The position numbers and the translations under genes are program-made. A DNA stretch of 50,411 nt from Phycisphaerales bacterium (lineage in GTDB: Bacteria > Planctomycetota > Phycisphaerae > UBA1845): NCBI GenBank assembly GCA_020350565.1, contig CP070718.1:2683061-2733471 (forward strand), given 5' to 3'. Below, piece after piece: positions 45,872-50,411 of the stretch; position 1 is the stretch's first letter; the number at the start of each line of letters is the position of its first letter. Under the pieces are notes generated by a model that was given only the letters and a program-made list of their open reading frames with translations, did no database searches and had not been told where the DNA came from.

Positions 45872-47138
45872 GACGTTCCAAGGACGGACAATGGCCGAGG
45901 CCCTCAGGAAGGTCAAGCGGCATTTCGGCAGGGATGCCGTTATTCTGACCACGCGCACCTTCACGAAGGGAGGCTTTCTGGGGCTCGGGGGCGCTGCTTG
46001 CGTCGAGATTACCGCGGCGCGGCATGTCTCCGACTTGCCTCCTGTTTTGAGACGTGGCAGAGCACGGGACAGGTTGGCAGATGCCGATCGAGCAGCAGGA
46101 GCTCTCGGCAAGCCACACTATGCACACCGGCCCGAGGCGGTGGTCTCGTCGCAATCCCTCCTTGCGGAGCTGGGGGCGCTCAAATCGCTTGTGTCGGACC
46201 TGGTGCGCGAAACGCAGCGGTCGAAGTCCGCGCATGTGCCGGAAGCGCTTTTTGATAACTATTTGAATCTCGTGCAGTCCGAGGTTGCGGAGGCCGTCGC
46301 CGAGCGGTTGATCGAGCAGGTTCGTTCGGAACTCCCACCGCACCTGCTGAATGATGAGCGGGCAGTCTCCGCAAGGCTGGCTGAATCACTGGAGGCCATG
46401 CTTCCGACCGCCGGGCCGATTCGGTTGGAGTCGCAGACCGGTCCCACCGTCATCGCGCTGGTCGGGCCCACCGGTGTGGGCAAGACGACCACCGTTGCGA
46501 AGCTCGCAGCCAACTTCTGCCTGCGCGATCGTAAGCGCGTCGGCCTGATCACCATTGATACGTACCGCATCGCCGCGGTTGAGCAGCTCAAGACTTATGC
46601 TCAGATCATTGACGTCCCCCTGGAAATCGTGAGCTCTCCGGAGGAGATGCGCGTCGCAGTGCTGGGCATGGCCGACAGGGACGTGATTCTCGTTGATACG
46701 GCCGGGAGGAGTCAGCGCGACGCCATCAAGATCAAGGAGCTGAAGCGCTTCTTTGACGCGTCCCCGCCGGACGAGGTGCATCTGGTCCTCTCCAGTACTG
46801 CGAGCGAGGCCGTGCTTACCGAGGCCATCGAGCGGTTCAGCGAAATCGGGGTCGGCCGGGTGATCTTCACCAAGATCGACGAGGCGATTGGATTCGGCGT
46901 GATCCTCACCTGCCTTCAAAAGGCCAACGCCAGACTCTCGTACATCACCACAGGCCAGGATGTCCCTGATGACATCGAGGTTGGAGAGGGACGCCTCATA
47001 GCAGATCTGATACTCCGGGAGAATACGGAGGGTAGTGACCACTACAGAACTGTAAGTCTTGGTGAGCGATTGGGACGCTCCGGACGTGAGACGCCGCCTT
47101 ACAGCCGGTGCGATGGGGACGTTGTTGAGGGGCGGTGA
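45861..47138 (+). CDS. flhF: Flagellar SRP-type GTPase FlhF
   Basis: MKVKTFQGRTMAEALRKVKRHFGRDAVIL, G1 LVGPTGVGKTTT, DTAGRS, TKIDE. Confidence 0.9.
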   Translation: MKVKTFQGRTMAEALRKVKRHFGRDAVILTTRTFTKGGFLGLGGAACVEITAARHVSDLPPVLRRGRARDRLADADRAAGALGKPHYAHRPEAVVSSQSLLAELGALKSLVSDLVRETQRSKSAHVPEALFDNYLNLVQSEVAEAVAERLIEQVRSELPPHLLNDERAVSARLAESLEAMLPTAGPIRLESQTGPTVIALVGPTGVGKTTTVAKLAANFCLRDRKRVGLITIDTYRIAAVEQLKTYAQIIDVPLEIVSSPEEMRVAVLGMADRDVILVDTAGRSQRDAIKIKELKRFFDASPPDEVHLVLSSTASEAVLTEAIERFSEIGVGRVIFTKIDEAIGFGVILTCLQKANARLSYITTGQDVPDDIEVGEGRLIADLILRENTEGSDHYRTVSLGERLGRSGRETPPYSRCDGDVVEGR

Positions 47139-48073
47139 GCGGCATCTTTCCGGCAGCCGGAACGATGGATGGCAACAGACCTGGTAATGGGGATCCCGAG
47201 CACGGCACGACGCAATGTCCGTCGCAGCCGATTGACCAGGCTACGCGCCTGCGCGAGCTGGCCAGCGCCGCGCGACGCTCAGCTACAACGGTGGCCATTA
47301 CGAGCGGCAAAGGCGGTGTGGGCAAGACCAACTTGGCCGTCAATCTGGCCATCTGTCTGGCGGAGAAAGGTCTTCGCGTGGCTCTGGTGGACCTGGATAT
47401 GGGACTTGCCAATGCTGATCTCCTGATGAACCTGAGAACCCGCTACACCTTGCTGCATGTGATCTCAGGTCAGCGGACGATCGAGGAGGTGTGCACGACC
47501 GGCCCGGCCGGCATCCGGTTCGTGGCTGGTGCGTCAGGCTTCGAGCAGCTCGCTAACCTAACAGAATTCGAACGTCAGAATCTGATCTCGTGGCTTCAGA
47601 CCCTTGAAGATCATACTGATATCGTGGTCATGGACTGCGGGGCTGGCATCTCCCGCAACGTGGTGAGCTTCGCCGTCGCCGCCGATCGGGTCGTGGTGGT
47701 GACCACACCGCAGCCCACAGCATTGACAGACGCCTACGCGGTGGTCAAGGTCCTTCATCGAGAGTCGCGCGCCGGATGGACCGGGCTGTTCGTCAACATG
47801 GCCGAGAGCAAGGCGGAGGCGAGAGCCGCCTATGAACGGCTTGCGTCAGTTGCCGAAAGATTTCTGAATTATTCCATTGCAGATTCGGGCTACATGTTGC
47901 ATGATAGTGCCGTAGAGCAGGCGGTTCGTCATCGTGATCCGTTTGTGATCCGGTACGCGAACTCGAATGCTAGCGCCTGCATCGCGGCGATGGCTGACGA
48001 CTTGGCGCGGAATGTCAGTGGCCTGTCTCGTCGCGGCAGTTTCTTCAAGCGTGTCGTTGGTTTGTTTGCCTGA
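47135..48073 (+). CDS. flhG: MinD/ParA-type ATPase FlhG (YlxH/FleN)
   Basis: VAITSGKGGVGKTNLAVNLAICLAEKGLRVALVDLDMGLANAD. The start is GTG 47135 (overlapping the flhF stop) or ATG 47165. Confidence 0.88.
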   Translation: MSGIFPAAGTMDGNRPGNGDPEHGTTQCPSQPIDQATRLRELASAARRSATTVAITSGKGGVGKTNLAVNLAICLAEKGLRVALVDLDMGLANADLLMNLRTRYTLLHVISGQRTIEEVCTTGPAGIRFVAGASGFEQLANLTEFERQNLISWLQTLEDHTDIVVMDCGAGISRNVVSFAVAADRVVVVTTPQPTALTDAYAVVKVLHRESRAGWTGLFVNMAESKAEARAAYERLASVAERFLNYSIADSGYMLHDSAVEQAVRHRDPFVIRYANSNASACIAAMADDLARNVSGLSRRGSFFKRVVGLFA

Positions 48074-48241
48074 CGACATCGCCATCGATGACGATGGTGC
48101 TTGAGGTATGGTCGGCATGGATGCCGGCAAAGGGCCGAACGGTTCAGGTGAGGCCAGCGGAAGGATCCGGCGCAATCCGTCCGTATTTCCTACCTCGAAC
48201 TCTTTCTTTCGGCCCCGCATCGTGACAGGGAGGTTGCACCC

Positions 48242-48544
48242 GTGGTTGCGCGTGTTGCTGGTGCGAGCCTGGGGCTGTTCGCCTTTATGGTCTCCGTCAT
48301 TGCGGGACTGGTGGCGCGCAACTCGACAACCCTCATCCTATCACGAAGTATTCTTGCACTGTTTGTTTTTTGTCTCATTGGTCTCGTGCTGGGGGCCGCT
48401 GCGCAAAAGGTTGTTTCTGAGCACGGGAAGACGCGGGAGGAAGAGATTAAGGGGCGGTTTCGGGAGCCGGCCGAAGACGGTGCGGAGTCACGGGAGGATT
48501 CCCCAGCCGTCGATGATTCGGCCGATGCCGCTCAAGTCGCATGA
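48242..48544 (+). CDS. Small two-TM membrane protein with an acidic tail, hypothetical
   Basis: GTG 48242 is preceded by AGGGAGG with an 8 nt spacer. Helices LGLFAFMVSVIAGLV and ILALFVFCLIGLVLGAAA. The overlapping track ORF 48108..48563 in another frame is Arg/Ser-rich and implausible. Confidence 0.5.
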   Translation: MVARVAGASLGLFAFMVSVIAGLVARNSTTLILSRSILALFVFCLIGLVLGAAAQKVVSEHGKTREEEIKGRFREPAEDGAESREDSPAVDDSADAAQVA

Positions 48545-48632
48545 GGGGCACCACGTTGTGTGATTCGCCGACGATGGTGCGGCCCGGCGAACTGGTGGCG
48601 GGAAGCTCCGCAAGGATGCGCGAGGAGCTGTA

Positions 48633-49415
48633 GTGATGACCACGTGCCTGGATGGGTGTAATGCAGCGAAAGTGTGGCGGGAGTACAAGCGCTCCGGAGG
48701 GCTGGCGTTGCGCAACAAGCTCATGGAAGCCTACATGCCGATCGTGCGCTATAACGCGGAACGAATCGGTGCCAAGCTGCCGCAGGAAGTCGATAACGAA
48801 GACCTCATGTCGGCGGGCGTCTTCGGCTTGATTGACGCCATCGAAGCCTTCGACCTTAAGCGGGGCATCAAGTTTGAGACATACTGCGCGCCGCGCATCC
48901 GCGGTGCGATCCTCGACGAGCTGCGCAGCCTGGACTGGGTACCTCGGCTGGTGCGGAGCCGCTCGACCAAGTTGGGGCGGGTGCAGGCGGAGTTGCAGTA
49001 CTTTCTCGGACGGGAGCCTACGGAGAGCGAGATCGCTGAATGGTTGGAGATTACTCCCGAAGAGTATGAGAAGCTTCGAAAGGCGGCCTCGGCCGTCACG
49101 CAGGTTTCCCTGTCCCGTAAGCATGGCGAAACCGACTCCAACCGCGAGGTTTGCGAAATCGACGTGCTGGAGGACAAGCGTGGCCGAGATCCGGTCCGCG
49201 AACTCCAGCGGAAGGACCTGCGCGACCTTTTGACCCGCGGGTTCAGTCGAGCTGAACGACTCATCCTCGTCCTCTATTACTACGAGGAGATGACGATGAA
49301 GGAAATCGGGCAGATCCTCGATCTGTCCGAGAGCCGCGTTTCTCAAATGCACTCCGCGATTCTGGAAAGGCTCAAGGAGCAGTTCGAAGAGCGGCAAAAG
49401 GAACTGGCGAATTAG
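48633..49415 (+). CDS. fliA: Flagellar sigma factor FliA (sigma28)
   Basis: RNKLMEAYMPIVRYNAERI (region 2), IRGAILDELRSLDWVPR, ERLILVLYYYEEMTMKEIGQILDLSESRVSQMHSAILERLK (region 4.2). Confidence 0.92.
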   Translation: MMTTCLDGCNAAKVWREYKRSGGLALRNKLMEAYMPIVRYNAERIGAKLPQEVDNEDLMSAGVFGLIDAIEAFDLKRGIKFETYCAPRIRGAILDELRSLDWVPRLVRSRSTKLGRVQAELQYFLGREPTESEIAEWLEITPEEYEKLRKAASAVTQVSLSRKHGETDSNREVCEIDVLEDKRGRDPVRELQRKDLRDLLTRGFSRAERLILVLYYYEEMTMKEIGQILDLSESRVSQMHSAILERLKEQFEERQKELAN

Positions 49416-49698
49416 GACCGCCCTCGGGTCTGCAGCGGGCGACCGGGGCCGGTTCCGGAATCACCGAAAGGAAGTGGCTGGCCGGTAGGCCCCGCCGCCA
49501 GCATACCCTCCCCCTGTCTAGTTCGAGAGAGGCGGCCATCGTGGCGGGCCATCTCGTTACGCCCGCTCACATCTTCGAGGAAGCTGGTTGTCGAGTCCGC
49601 TTCTGACCGATACATAACACAAGGCCGGTCGATTCGACGGCGTCGTGGGAGAGGCAGTCCGCTAACTTCGTCGCGCGGGTCCCCCGAGGAGTCATCCT

Positions 49699-50028
49699 AT
49701 GGCGGACGTACCTTCGGCATCGGGTGTTGGGGCATCGGCTGCACAGGCGGGCTATCAGGCGCGTGAGGCGGCAAAGGCAAAGGACGCTGCCGGTGCTGGG
49801 AGAGCCAATGCGAAGGATCGACAGGTCAGGGCGCTGGACGAGGCCTCCTCCACCGTGGAGACCGAGGACGGGGACACCCAAATCTATACGGACGCTGAAG
49901 GCTCCGGCGGCCAAGGGCGGCCTTTTGAGGAGCAGGGCGGCAGCGAAGAAGGTGCCGCTGACGAAAGGGAGTCCAACGGCGTCACCCGTGACGACGACGG
50001 GCAACTGCACTTGGACATCGAGGTCTGA
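49699..50028 (+). CDS. Small acidic, low-complexity hypothetical protein
   Basis: GAGGAG lies 8 nt before the ATG and codon third positions are GC-biased. 109 aa rich in A/G/E/D, with no recognised domain. Confidence 0.55.
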   Translation: MADVPSASGVGASAAQAGYQAREAAKAKDAAGAGRANAKDRQVRALDEASSTVETEDGDTQIYTDAEGSGGQGRPFEEQGGSEEGAADERESNGVTRDDDGQLHLDIEV

Positions 50029-50041
50029 ACATCGCTGTAAA

Positions 50042-50160
50042 CCACCGCGCGCAATTCGGTGCCACGAATCCGAGCCCCTAGCGCCAGCACGAGGGCCATC
50101 GACCGGTCGCTTGCGCTCCCGGCTCAGGAGCGGCACGTAGCCGCGTGCGGTCGTTTAGCT
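50042..50160 (+). repeat. Copy C of the structured intergenic repeat family
   Basis: CCACCG..CAATTCGG..AATCCGAGCCCCTAGCGCC..loop..CCGGTCGCTTGCGCTCCCGGCTCAGGAGCGGCACGTAGCCGC..GGTCGTTT. Its right end overlaps the stop codon of the convergent MFS gene. Confidence 0.8.
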
Positions 50161-50411
50161 TGGTGAGGCAGAGACCTCGGTTGACATGCACTTTAAAGTG
50201 CGCAATGCCGAACGCTGGGCCGGGAGCACCATGAGTGTCAAGAAGCTGACACCGATCAGCAACGCGGCGCCGCACCAGTAGGGCCATTGTGGGCCGACGT
50301 CGAAGAGCATGCCGCCGACCGGCGGCGCGATGGCTCGTGCAAGGCTTGCGACGCCCTGCGCGAGCCCCAGCGTGACGCCTTGTTTGTTTCTGTCGGCCTG
50401 GAGCGACACGA
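50155..50411 (-). CDS. C-terminal part of an MFS-type transporter, 5'-truncated by the window edge
   Basis: GLAQGVASLARAIAPPVGGMLFDVGPQWPYWCGAALLIGVSFLTLMVL resembles the last MFS helices. The frame is open to the window end. Confidence 0.55.
   Translation of the reverse strand, partial: VSLQADRNKQGVTLGLAQGVASLARAIAPPVGGMLFDVGPQWPYWCGAALLIGVSFLTLMVLPAQRSALRTLKCMSTEVSASPS

Noticed and set aside
48108-48563. 151 aa ORF in the flhG-fliA gap
   Set aside because: Its Arg/Ser/Gly-rich composition is implausible. The overlapping 48242..48544 frame gives two clean TM helices and has a ribosome-binding site.
49567-50136. 189 aa minus-strand ORF
   Set aside because: It is antisense to the acidic ORF, which has a ribosome-binding site, and it runs through repeat copy C. 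The translation is Arg-rich and low-complexity.
1-50411. CRISPR arrays, rRNA genes, intact mobile elements, recognisable defence or toxin-antitoxin modules
   Set aside because: None seen. There are no short regularly spaced direct repeats, no rRNA-like stretches, and no integrase or intact transposase ORFs.

Overview
GC-rich bacterial window. The gene content looks planctomycete-like (many sulfatase-family and GT-C membrane proteins, a dockerin-tailed exoprotein), but that assignment is inference only. There are three blocks. (1) nt 1-13.9 kb: a tRNA-Met(CAT) followed by an accessory-looking cell-envelope block. It holds two sulfatase-family proteins that carry Thr instead of the Cys/Ser FGly residue, three polytopic GT-C-type glycosyltransferases, a secreted C25 (gingipain-like) peptidase with NIDO-like and dockerin modules, and a decayed IS1380-type transposase fragment. 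(2) 14.3-21.8 kb: housekeeping and miscellaneous genes (trpS, scpA, a RidA-family gene, an exported ClpP-fold peptidase with a coiled-coil N-terminus, a large TPR protein), plus a ~630 nt stretch without convincing coding potential. (3) 21.8-50.0 kb: a flagellar regulon on the + strand. It starts with flgN-like, a sensor-less histidine kinase and a sigma54-dependent response regulator. A -24/-12 promoter candidate then precedes a long co-directional cluster: flgB-flgC-fliE-fliF-fliG-fliH-fliI-fliJ-motE/ylxF-like-fliK-flgD-flgE-flbD-motA-motB-fliL-fliN(Y-like)-fliO-fliP-fliQ-fliR-flhB-flhA-flhF-flhG-small membrane ORF-fliA-acidic ORF. The most notable points are: a structured ~100-120 nt repeat present three times, two copies bracketing the flagellar cluster; no fliM at its conserved fliL/fliN position, while the FliN homologue carries an EIDAL CheY-binding-like N-terminus; tandem GGCA-N5-TGCC palindromes upstream of the sigma54 promoter; and a 5x heptamer GAATNNN array between fliP and fliQ. 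Many long antisense or alternate-frame ORFs in the track are typical high-GC artefacts and were not called. All family assignments come from motifs read by eye; no searches were run.
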